Virus record (IMG/VR): IMGVR_UViG_3300032030_000078
Coordinates: 1,001 to 65,000 of that record
Length of the DNA: 64,000 nt
Strand: one strand, 5' to 3'
From: a virus
Shown here: piece by piece, positions 11,425 to 21,426 of the stretch
Numbering within the stretch: position 1 is the first letter of the stretch
Layout of the letters: each line of letters starts with the position of its first letter
The notes under the pieces: model-generated
Seen by the model: the letters and a program-made list of their open reading frames with translations, nothing else
Told to the model about the DNA's origin: nothing
Database searches by the model: none
Made by a program: the position numbers and the translations under genes

Positions 11425-12462
11425 CTATTCTCCTTTACATAACATCAATATTTTACTTTCAATTAATACTTTTGGATTTTGTTCATATTTTATTTGATTG
11501 ATTAATTCTATTATTTCATCTAATATATTAAGCAATAAATTATATTCTACTGTATCATATTCTTGTAAATGTATTGTATTAGGTATTTGTATATAATCAT
11601 AACTATTATAAATCATATATTTTAAGACGTCTAAAATAAATTGTATAAACTGTTTTATAAATAATTTTAAATCTTTTCCTTGACTATATATTTGCTCTAT
11701 TATATTTATACTTTCTTTTGCATTCTGATTAGATATAAAATATAATAATTTATTTAAACTTTCATAATCACTTATACCTAATGCTTTTATTACATTTTCT
11801 ACTGTTAAATTAGTATTGAAAGATAAACATTTATCTAACATACTTATTGCATCTCTCATACCGCCCTTCTGAACACTTTGCAATAAATTGTAAAGCCTCT
11901 ATTTCATATATAATGGGTATTATATCAGTCATAGCTAGTTCATTATTTTCATTTTCAATAATATATTTTAACCTATTTACTATACCATCAAAACTAATTT
12001 TATTGAAATCATATCTTTGTACTCTTGATAAAATTGTTTTAGGTATTTTTTGAGGGTCTGTTGTACATAAAATAAATATAGTTGTTTTTGGTGGTTCTTC
12101 AAGTAATTTTAATAACGCTTGCCAGCCTGCATTTGAAATTGCATGGCACTCATCTATGATTATTACTTTGTAATCACTATCTAATGGCTTAAATCTAGCA
12201 TCGTCTATTATTAATCGCATTTGGTCTATTCCGATTATTACTTGCTCCATCAATCTCAACAGGATTGCCTAATCCTTTATTTATTTTATTTGCAAATATT
12301 CTTGCAGATGTTGTTTTACCTGTTCCGGCACTTCCGAACGAACAAATACGCATTTTTAATTGAATTCGTTTCTATTTGATTTTCTAATATTGTTTTTATA
12401 TATTCCTGTTCAACCAACGAGTCCCAATCTTTTGGACGCCATTTTACACTTAAACTTTGCAT
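11425..12462 (-). CDS. dnaX: DNA polymerase III gamma/tau-like clamp loader ATPase (three CGG +1 sites)
   Basis: Joined: MQSLSVKWRPKDWDSLVEQEYIKTILENQIETNSIKNAYLFV[G]SAGTGKTTSARIFANKINKGLGNPVEIDGASNN[G]IDQMRLIIDDARFKPLDSDYKVIIIDECH...FIAKCSEG[G]MRDAISMLDKCLSF...; CGG at 12334-12336, 12231-12233, 11861-11863; 1038 nt = 3n+3. Confidence 0.95.
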
Positions 12463-12649
12463 ACAGTTCACCTTCTTACATTAATTTTTTATATACATCT
12501 ATATTTATTTCTGTCATATTTCCATGAATTAAATCACCTACTGTGTTTGTATTTATTTCATATAAAAAATTGTTTCGTCTAGCAATTTGATTTAATTCTA
12601 TTTCAATTTCCTTTATCCTTGTTAAATCATCTTCGTTATCCATCAATAT

Positions 12650-13189
12650 TCACTCCTCCGTTATATTTAATTTTTGCCTTAGTTCACTCAGTATTTTTTG
12701 ATAATCACGACTAATTTGTGCTTGGCTTAAATTCAACTTTTCTGCTATTTGACACATAGTCATTCCCTGCAACCTATAGTTAATAATTCTCCTGTATCTT
12801 GAATTTAATTTTAATATTTCTTTTTGCAAATCTTCTAAACGACTTACATTATCTATATAATCATTCAAATTAAAATCATCTTGTATTACATCGGATAATA
12901 ATATATCATCGTCTATTATTGGAGTATGTAAAGATATTGTTTTTATCCATTTTTGATTATTTCTATTATACATTAATATTTCATTCTGTATTATTTTATA
13001 AGCATAAGTTGAAAAATTAAAACCTAATTCTTTATTAAATGTTTTCACTGATTTAGTCAATGCGAATAACGCTATAGACTTTAATTCATCAATATCTATA
13101 TTTCCCTTAAATATACTATGATATTTCCATGCTAATTTATAAGCAATATTTATATTATCCATATAAAAATTTTCTTCATCAGTAGTCAT
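12650..13189 (-). CDS. sigma-70 family RNA polymerase sigma factor
   Basis: DIDELKSIALFALTKSVKTFNKELGFNFSTYAYKIIQNEI... and C-terminal HTH RYRRIINYRLQGMTMCQIAEKLNLSQAQISRD. Confidence 0.8.
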   Translation of the reverse strand: MTTDEENFYMDNINIAYKLAWKYHSIFKGNIDIDELKSIALFALTKSVKTFNKELGFNFSTYAYKIIQNEILMYNRNNQKWIKTISLHTPIIDDDILLSDVIQDDFNLNDYIDNVSRLEDLQKEILKLNSRYRRIINYRLQGMTMCQIAEKLNLSQAQISRDYQKILSELRQKLNITEE

Positions 13190-13195
13190 TCACAT

Positions 13196-13553
13196 CTACT
13201 CCAATTCGTTTAATAAATTTAATATTTGTGTGAATGTTTTTTCATTTAATATATAATAATTTTCTTCGTTTTTTACACCAAAATTAAAAACTAATGCAAA
13301 AAATTCTTTTCGCATAGAAAAACTTTCGTTTTTTAATTTATCTAACCATTCTTTTTTTATTGTAAATTGTTGCTGCTCTTTCATACAAGTTTTTGCTTCA
13401 AATAACCAGTTTTTATTTTTTCCTCCAACAACATCTCCGCTTTTTAAATAATCCTGCCCCACTATTTGACTGTAATCTACCATTTACTTTTTTTGCTATT
13501 TGTTTTTCCTGTTTTCCTGAATACCAACGACTAGAATTTTTATTATTCGCCAT
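13196..13553 (-). CDS. Holliday junction resolvase-like nuclease (one CGG +1 site)
   Basis: MANNKNSSRWYSGKQEKQIAKKVNGRLQSNSGAGLFKK[G]DVVGGKNKNWLFEAKTCMKEQQQFTIKKEWLDKL; CGG 13437-13439; AGGAGG SD upstream; 358 nt = 3n+1. Track start MVDYSQ is the wrong frame. Confidence 0.85.
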
Positions 13554-14069
13554 CCGATTTCCTCCTATGTGTTATATATAAAATCTAAATTCTTCTTTAC
13601 TTTTTCTGCACCTTCCAACGTACCTGTATATTCATAAAGCTCTCCATCTATTGTTATTTTATAAATCATTTCATTACATTTTTTAATTTCAATTTTCTTT
13701 TCCATATACTTTATACACCTTCCCAAAAATTTATTTAATTTCCTTCATTAAGAAACCTTTAATTTGTTAAACCACCAAAAAGAATTGTGCTGAATCTTCG
13801 ACATCAATAATATTGCCAGCCATATCACTTATAACTTCAACATTATCGCAATCCAAATACCAGTAATAGCAATTTCCATCTTTCGCTTGATTAATTGTAA
13901 TATATTGACTCAATCTTTCTATGTCGCTATCATCAATATCATTTATCTCTTTGTAGTACACATTTGCTATTAATTTTCTCTCAATTTCTAATTTCTTTTC
14001 AATAACTTTTAAATTTTTCATATCCTTTACCTACCTTTTCAAAATTTAATTATTTCTTACTATGTATTT

Positions 14070-14098
14070 ATTGTACTATATTATAATAAATTTGTCAA
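14070..14098 (-). promoter_or_regulatory. consensus sigmaA-type promoter
   Basis: Minus strand TTGACA - 17 nt - TACAAT, spacer AATTTATTATAATATAG, shared with other promoters in window. Confidence 0.75.
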
Positions 14099-14372
14099 TA
14101 GTATTTTAAAATTATTTTAGCTTATTTTATAAAAAGCCAGAAGTGTTTATTCTTCTAGCTTTTCTACTAAATCATCTTTTATTAAATTATATAATATATC
14201 TCCAACCATTTTACCCGAATTATAAGAAATTAATCTACTATTTTTATCAATTACAACTTGTGAATTTTCAGTAATTGTTTCATAAAGATAATAATATGAT
14301 TGAATACCTTCAATGAAATTATATCTTTGTTTCAAAATATTTATATTAACATCATCTTTAATTTTTAGCATG

Positions 14373-15474
14373 TTAATTAGTCAACCTTCCATTTACTTGT
14401 TTATATATTAAATTAAAAATATCAGGTCTATTTTTTAAATATTCTAATAAATTTGCTTTACCCTGAAATTTTAATTCTTGTATTGAATCTCCATTTTCCG
14501 TTGATACTTTTTCTGTTAGTAATTCTCCTGTTTCTATATCCATTATATCAAAATATGAACCTCTTTTTCTTATTATATCATACCAGCATGCTAATTCTAC
14601 TGTATCATTTAATATATCTACTCCTGTATCATATTTTAATGTATAATATCCATTTAATCTATCTGGTTTTACTGCTTTATCTTTTACTATTGCTATTTCT
14701 ATTAAATTTCCTGCTGGAGATGTTGAACTTCTTTTGATACTAGTATTATTTTCATCTATATAATCACCTTTTTTGAATATGAATCTAAAAGTACATAAAT
14801 GTTTCCAACCTTTTCCACCTGTTGTTATAACCCTATTAAACCCAGCCATATCTTCTCTAACTTGATTTATTCCCAATAATATACAGCCAGTTCTAGCACA
14901 TATCATTTGTGCTTTTTTTCCAAAAATCGTTAATGCACTTGCTATTCCTCCATAAGTCTTTTCTTGTACATCTTTATCATAAGCCTGTTGACTTACCATA
15001 ACTCCTAAGCTATCTATTACTACAAGCCCTACTTCTCCAGTTTCCATCATTTTTAATAACATATCAAATATTTCTTCTGCTGATTGTGCCATTGGTTTTA
15101 ATAATATTAGCTCATCTGTATCTACACCTAATTTTTTAGCCCATTGTTCATCTAATGTATTTTCACAGTCACAATATATTACTTTTTTAATTTCTGCATT
15201 CTCATCTTTTTTCTTTTCTTCTTTATATTCTTTTTTAAATTGTTTTTGTGCATTTGCAACTAAATCCAAAGCAGTCGTCGTTTTTCCGTCCGATTTTCTT
15301 CTCCTGCAAATTCTATAACTGTTCCTTTTGGTATTCCGACCGATACGTCATGTAATTTATTAAGGGTGACGAAAATTTTATATTTTGCCAATTTCTTTTT
15401 GGAATACCTTTACTTATTACTGGTATATCTTCTTTTTTATTTAGGGCACGAATAATTGAATCCAATTCACTCAT
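14373..15474 (-). CDS. recA: RecA-like recombinase (four CGG +1 sites, in two adjacent pairs)
   Basis: MSELDSIIRALNKKEDIPVISKGIPKRNWQNIKFSSPLINYMTY[G][G]IPKGTVIEFAGEEN[G][G]KTTTALDLVANAQKQFKKEY...; CGG at 15340-15342, 15336-15338, 15290-15292, 15286-15288; 1102 nt = 3n+4. Confidence 0.95.
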
Positions 15475-15658
15475 ATTAAAATCTCCTATCTATCAATTCA
15501 TTGTATAAATCTTTTAATAATTCGTATTTAGCCTGTAATCTTATAATTTGTGCTTGTAGATTTTGATTTTTAGCAATTAATGCTTGATTTGTTAAATTTG
15601 ACTTATTTTCTTCATCAGACATATAATTACATTCCTTTCATATAAAATTGCTTTAAAA

Positions 15659-16117
15659 CTAATTCTTGTCAAAATTAAGCCTATTTTTCTTTAAATATAC
15701 AACCCCATTATTTTCTTCTACTATTTTGATAAAATCTTCAAATGTTGTTTTTGCGGGTATTACAAATTTTTCTCCAACTATCCAAGCGACTTCTCCCCTA
15801 TTTATAGTGTCTACACTATAAGGACTATTTGTATAATTATCACAAGGTAATTTTACCCATTCATTAGGAAATTCATAATATAATGTTTTTAATTCTATTT
15901 TATGTCTTCTTACTTTTCTTGATGATGTTTCTATAGAATCACTTTTATCATCTATAATTTCAGTCCAACTATCATAAGGACTTCCTGCATTATGTTCATA
16001 GGGTGAATCATTCCAATCATCACCCCATTGATGTTCCCAGTCGCTAGTAAAATATGCTTTATTTCCATCTATATAGCATAATTCAAATTTTTTATTTTCC
16101 ATTTTTAAATCTTCCAC
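15659..16117 (-). CDS. hypothetical protein
   Basis: ORF only. Confidence 0.4.
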   Translation of the reverse strand: MEDLKMENKKFELCYIDGNKAYFTSDWEHQWGDDWNDSPYEHNAGSPYDSWTEIIDDKSDSIETSSRKVRRHKIELKTLYYEFPNEWVKLPCDNYTNSPYSVDTINRGEVAWIVGEKFVIPAKTTFEDFIKIVEENNGVVYLKKNRLNFDKN

Positions 16118-16645
16118 TATCTATACCTCCTAATTCATATTCTGCAAGTCTTCTGCTAATTACTTTTTTTACACTAGAAAGCAACTCATAAGTTGCATTC
16201 ATCTTTTCTTTTACAATTGCATAAGCACGAGAATATATTATATGTGTTATTGTTTCAGCTTGACTTGCTAATTCTGATTGACTTTTCTTATCATCAATAG
16301 TTCCGTTTTTGTAAGTTTTTATAAACTTCATTATATTTTTCTTGTCTTACTGCTTTTGCAACATCTGTTTTTATCCCTAAATTCTCCTGTGCTTCCCCGA
16401 CAAAAATATAAAAGGACGGGAAGTTGCATTACTATATCATCTAATTCTTGTGCTGTTGGAGGATGTTTATCATCTTGTAATAAACTTTGAACAAACATAA
16501 CATAATTATCTAATTGCTTACAATAATCTGCTACTAATTTATTTGTTAAATCATTTATCATTTTACTATTATTATCAATTCTATCTTGTAATAATTCTAT
16601 TTCTTTTTGATTTATTTCATTTGCTAAAATTTCACTTTTTGACAT
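16092..16645 (-). CDS. hypothetical phage protein, possibly recombination-related (two CGG +1 sites)
   Basis: Joined: MSKSEILANEINQKEIELLQ...LDDIVMQLPVLLYFC[G]EAQENLGIKTDVAKAVRQEKYNEVYKNLQK[G]TIDDKKSQSELASQAETITHIIYSRAYAIVKEKMNATYELLSSVKKVISRRL...; CGG 16397-16399 and 16303-16305; 554 nt = 3n+2. Confidence 0.8.
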
Positions 16646-16646
16646 A

Positions 16647-17276
16647 TTACAACTCCTTATTTAACTCTTTATATATGCAATCTAATTCAAATTTTGATTT
16701 TCGTCTTAACGTAGAAAGAGGTATATTTAAAATTCTACTCCATTCCGTAATACAATGACTTTCATTGCCAATTTTAACTATATTACTATTCCTCTTATTA
16801 TGAGCTTGTTCAAATTTAGTAATCCATTTACAATTATTAGGCTCATAATTACCATTTATATCAATTCGTTCAATAGTTAAATTTTCCTGATATCCATTAT
16901 TTATTGCCCAATTATAGAAATTTTCAAAATCATGCAACCATTCATTACAAACTTTTATCCCTCTAGCACCATAATCTTTAAAACTATTAGAATTTACATT
17001 ATTACATCTTTGTTTTATATTTGTCCAAGTTGTATATAATCTAGAATAACTTTGATTATGTTTTATATTATTACCACAATTTAAACAACCACAACTTCTT
17101 GTATGACCATTCTTTAAATTATTACTAGATACAATAATATTATTCCCACAATCACACAAGCATAACCATTGAGTCACCTTTTTTCCTTTTGGAGTTATTT
17201 TACTAACCGCAGTATCAATAACTAAAAGTTTATAAAATTTTTTATTTTTAAGATTTTCTTTTTTCATTGAATTCAT
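16647..17276 (-). CDS. HNH homing endonuclease-like protein
   Basis: SRLYTTWTNIKQRCNNVNS...YGARGIKVCNEWLHDFENFYNWAINNGYQENLTIERIDINGNYEPNNCKWIT. Confidence 0.75.
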   Translation of the reverse strand: MNSMKKENLKNKKFYKLLVIDTAVSKITPKGKKVTQWLCLCDCGNNIIVSSNNLKNGHTRSCGCLNCGNNIKHNQSYSRLYTTWTNIKQRCNNVNSNSFKDYGARGIKVCNEWLHDFENFYNWAINNGYQENLTIERIDINGNYEPNNCKWITKFEQAHNKRNSNIVKIGNESHCITEWSRILNIPLSTLRRKSKFELDCIYKELNKEL

Positions 17277-17615
17277 ACTCCTGTAATTTCATATCTGAAT
17301 AATAACTATTATATAACTGTATCCAAGTTGAAAGTTCCATAGTTACAAGCCATTTTTGCCTATTTTTTCTATGGAATACAGCGGGGAATTGTTCTTTTTC
17401 TGAATCTTGTTTCGCTTGTAATATTGCATTTTCTAGATTTAGTTTTTCCACCCTTTTACACTCAATATGTATGTAATCTAATCCAACTACATCTTCACCC
17501 TCTAATCCATTATATTGCTGTCCTCTTCTTGTATTATATCCATATTCCTTTAATTTGTTCGCAAGTTCACGCTCTCCGACTTGCACCCTTTTTCTTGCTA
17601 TTTATTTTCCCGCAT
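17248..17615 (-). CDS. VRR-NUC / Holliday junction resolvase-like nuclease (two CGG +1 sites)
   Basis: M[G]KINSKKKGAS[G]ERELANKLKEYGYNTRRGQQYNGLEGEDVVGLDYIHIECK; CGG 17610-17612 (second codon) and 17576-17578; 368 nt = 3n+2. Confidence 0.88.
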
Positions 17616-18154
17616 TTTATATACCACCTTAATCAATCTCAATTAAATCTAATTTTATATGTTTTATGCGATTTTCTTCTCCTTCATTTTTTAAATCTTC
17701 AATTACATATTCTAATCCATCATTATAATTATCAACTATCTTTTTAATTAGTTTAGCATTACTAATAGCAGTCATATCTAATATATCCTCCTCAGTTATT
17801 TCAACATAACCATCATCACTTAATTTTTTAATAGATATACTACCATTATTAAATCCTAAAACAGTATCATACTCAAAACATTTATTCATAAAATAACCCT
17901 CATTTCTTTATTTAATTTATAATTTTTAAATTTTTAAGAGGCGTGTTTTCCAAACTTCCATAAGTATTTTCAACAGTATAATCATTTCCAACACACCAAA
18001 ATACCTCGTCATTTGTTATAAATTTATGATATTTTCCACATTTACTACAATACAATCCCTGTTGTCTATTACCTACCTTATTTTTATATATTTTAACTAA
18101 TAAATCATTATTACATATCTTACACTTTTTAGGTAAACCCATAATAAATCTCCC

Positions 18155-18947
18155 TCAATAATTATATTTATCACAATATTTTTTGTATGCACAATAACTA
18201 CAAGTTGATTTTGATATATTTGTTGGTTTTGCGGGTGGTTTTAATTCTTGCACACATTTATTACAATTTTCTATTCTTTCTAGCAATTCTTTTTTCATTT
18301 CATCTGTAACATGAAATATATATGTTTTTTTCAAACAAACATCTCTACATTCATATAAAAACATTACATCATTTAACCCTAGATTTATTGAATAAGAGAT
18401 TGCTTGGTCAAAATGACTTTCATCTACATTCTGCCTTTTCATAAATTTATTTGAACTTTCTGTCTTTATTTCTAATATATAATATTTTGATTTATATTTT
18501 ATAATTCCATCGCATAAAAAACTCATATTCAATTTTGGATTATATAACTTTGTTTCCATTTCTTTTTTGTCTACTATTTCAACATCTTGTATATTTCTTT
18601 GTTTTATAAATTCTGCTACATCTATATAAGTACAATCAATATTATTATTTTTCATATTATCTATTGCTTTTTGTAATCGTAAATGTCTATCAGTGCCGAC
18701 TTTCACATATTCCTGCTAATGAAGCAGTTGTATTAGATTTATCCGGTATTTCTCCAATTATTTGGAAATATGCACTTCTAATACATTTCAACGAACTTGG
18801 TTTATATGTTTTACTTGGTATATAATCATTATTATTTTCTGTTTTCTCTATTGAATACTCTAAATCTTGTAAGAATTGTGTTGAAACATCAACTTTTTCA
18901 TTAGCAATATCTATTAAACGTGCCACGGATTTTAAACTATTTCGCAT
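18155..18947 (-). CDS. RecB/Cas4-like PD-(D/E)XK exonuclease (one CGG +1 site)
   Basis: Joined at CGG 18696-18698: ...SLAGICES[G]TDRHLRLQKAIDNM...YILEIKTESSNKFMKRQNVDESHFDQAISYS...TCSYCAYKKYCDKYNY; 793 nt = 3n+1. Confidence 0.85.
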
Positions 18948-19153
18948 ATTTACTTATTCCTTTCTATACAATCTATACACTTATCAAACCATTCACCTTT
19001 TATATTTACACTTTTCCAATTATTTAATTTTTTATAATCTAGTGCATCTTGAAAATCTTCTAAATCATCTATATTATTACTACAAAAATCACACTGTAAA
19101 ATATAATAATTTCCCTGTTTTTCTATCATAATAATTACTCCTTTATATAAATA

Positions 19154-19482
19154 ATATGAGGGTTAAGATTTGCACTTAACAGATGCTGTTAGTTTTTCAT
19201 TTACACCTCATTTAACAATAAACCTCACTATTATTGCACACGTTTCTTCGAGTTTCCTCTATTGATAACTGTGTCTACTATTACCATTTAGTGGTTAGTG
19301 GGATTCGAACCACACATTACCGACATCCTCTTGCTTTTACTGCTATGTCGTTTGCCTTTCGACTTTCAGACTTTACCATTCAGCACAATATAAAACATAG
19401 TGCTACTTTTTCGTCCATAACCACCATTTAGTTTTACCATATCTAATATCAAACTAGATATGTCTATTCCACCACCTCATAT
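19154..19482 (-). ncRNA. structured RNA / possible interrupted tRNA-like gene
   Basis: Minus strand: 5' ATATGAGG ... CCTCATAT 3' terminal pairing, D-arm-like GTGGAATAGACAT, 3' T-arm-like GTTAAG-TGCAAAT-CTTAAC, and an internal GTGGTTA...GGTTCGAATCCCAC-TAACCAC element; no ORF in this interval. Confidence 0.35.
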
Positions 19483-19490
19483 ATTAGCAT

Positions 19491-19525
19491 TACAAGTATA
19501 TACAATCGGCTTATATATACTTGTA
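19491..19525. promoter_or_regulatory. 12-bp perfect inverted repeat (stem-loop)
   Basis: TACAAGTATATA (19491-19502) - 11 nt loop - TATATACTTGTA (19514-19525), between structured RNA locus and dnaN. Confidence 0.6.
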
Positions 19526-19556
19526 AAGAATCCTTTTCTACAACTTGGTAGATAGG

Positions 19557-20630
19557 TTAATTTGATTTTTCAAGCAATGATATAATATGCGTACAATTAC
19601 CATCTGTTATTTTAATTGATTTTTCTTGACCATATTGTATTTCTATCATATCAGTTGAAACTGTTTCTACTTGTGATTTTAGCATATCTATATCTATTAA
19701 GCAATTAAATGATTTTATTTCAGTTTTTTCAATAGCCTCTACAACTTCAATAGCATTTGATTTTTGACTTTGTAAGGTTAATCCATCATTCGAAAATTGT
19801 AAATATACACCATTCTTATCGTAATCGCTTATAAAAATTGAAAGTCTTGATAATACATTTAATAGTTCTTGTTTATTTACTTTTATTGTATTTTCATATT
19901 TATTTGTTTGCAATAAATCTTCTATTTGTTGAACAGGATAATTTTCTTTTCCTTCTAATTCTTTTCCCGCTATTGTATATTTATCTGTATATAATATTAA
20001 GTCATTATCTTTTTTAACTATTTCTAATATTTCTGCTCCATCTATTAATAATATTAACTCCGCCATTTCATTTGAAATTAATATCGGTTCTTTCATTTCC
20101 AAATTTTTGATACTACAGATTAATTCTCTATCAGTTGTTATTATATTATTTCCTATATAATACCCAGTTAAACATGGTAATTCCATTGTTTTTGCAACTG
20201 ATGCTTTTGCTGTTTTTATTTGCTCTTGTATAATTGGTAAATTCAAAGATAATCCCTCACCTTGTATATCTTTTATTTCTGGAAATCTTACCATTTCTCC
20301 TTCTTCATTTATTGCTATTTCAAATTTGTTAGTCCCATTTCCTCTAAACTCTAAATAATTTTCTTTATTTTCTAATGTAATATATTCAGTGGTTGTTTTA
20401 CCAATTAATTTTGCAAATGTATCTGCATTTACTATTGTATAAAAATCTTCAACACTCTCAACTACTTGTCTTACTTTGAATATATTACTTCCATCTATTG
20501 TTGTTAATGTTAGTATATCTCCTTTTGCTTCTATACCCATTAAACTTGTTAATGGTAAATTCTTATTATTACTTGCACCTTGTATTGCTTTTGATACCAT
20601 TTTCTGTAATAAACTTGTTAATATTTTCAT
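19557..20630 (-). CDS. dnaN: DNA polymerase III beta sliding clamp
   Basis: MKILTSLLQKMVSKAIQGASNNKNLPLTSLMGIEAKGDILTLTTIDGSN... clamp-like length and order; intact, no in-frame CGG. Confidence 0.75.
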   Translation of the reverse strand: MKILTSLLQKMVSKAIQGASNNKNLPLTSLMGIEAKGDILTLTTIDGSNIFKVRQVVESVEDFYTIVNADTFAKLIGKTTTEYITLENKENYLEFRGNGTNKFEIAINEEGEMVRFPEIKDIQGEGLSLNLPIIQEQIKTAKASVAKTMELPCLTGYYIGNNIITTDRELICSIKNLEMKEPILISNEMAELILLIDGAEILEIVKKDNDLILYTDKYTIAGKELEGKENYPVQQIEDLLQTNKYENTIKVNKQELLNVLSRLSIFISDYDKNGVYLQFSNDGLTLQSQKSNAIEVVEAIEKTEIKSFNCLIDIDMLKSQVETVSTDMIEIQYGQEKSIKITDGNCTHIISLLEKSN

Positions 20631-20642
20631 TTAATTTTCCTC

Positions 20643-21384
20643 CTAGAATAATGTATTCTTTAATATATCTGGCTTTTTGTCTATTGTACATTTTGCCAAT
20701 CTTTCTAAACTTATTTTATGATATTCTGGGTCTATTTCTATTCCGTATGAATTGTCTATTTAATTGTTTTGCTGCTACACAAGTTGTTCCACTTCCACTA
20801 AAACAATCTAATACTATATCATTTTCTTTGCTTGAATTTATTATTAAATTTTTTATAATATTTAATGGCTTTATAGTTGGGTGTTTATATATTTGTTTAT
20901 CTTTTATATTTAACTTTGTTGAATATATAGTATTTTTTGTACCGTAATTTCCATATAAATGAACATTATGTCCCTTAAAAAATAAACAATATTCTTTATC
21001 ACCTAAATACGTCGAGTTTATCAATGGAGGAGGGTTTAACTTTTGCCATAAAATAATTTCAAAAACACAATTTTTATTCTCAAAATAATCTAGGTATAAT
21101 TTAATTTGAGCCTTGTTACACCATATATATATATTTATAGTTTTTAACACTCTACAAAATTCATCTAAAATTTGTAAATTTATAGAATTATGTAAGCCTT
21201 TTTCTTTTATAATATCTGTATATAAACTATCTCTATTCTTAAATATTCCACACTTATTATCAATACTGTTTGCCATTAAATATGGCGGGTCAGTAACAAT
21301 TAAATCAATACTATTATCTGGAATTTCTTTTATAAGTTCATAACTATTTCCTAAAGTTATTGTATTTAACATATCTTGAAACAT
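20643..21384 (-). CDS. DNA methyltransferase (N4/N6 type; DPPY; one CGG +1 site)
   Basis: IDLIVTDPPYLM...ENDIVLDCFSGSGTTCVAAKQLNRQFI[G]IEIDPEYHKISLERLAKCTIDKKPDILKNTLF*; CGG 20743-20745; 742 nt = 3n+1. Confidence 0.95.
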
Positions 21385-21426
21385 ATTTTACCTCTTTCTA
21401 AAATAATGTATTTTCATATTGTTTAT

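Noticed and set aside
13196-13483. Track start MVDYSQIVGQDYLKSGDVV for the resolvase
   Set aside because: It is an out-of-frame start upstream of the CGG; the true gene starts at 13553 (MANNKNSSRW...) with an AGGAGG SD.
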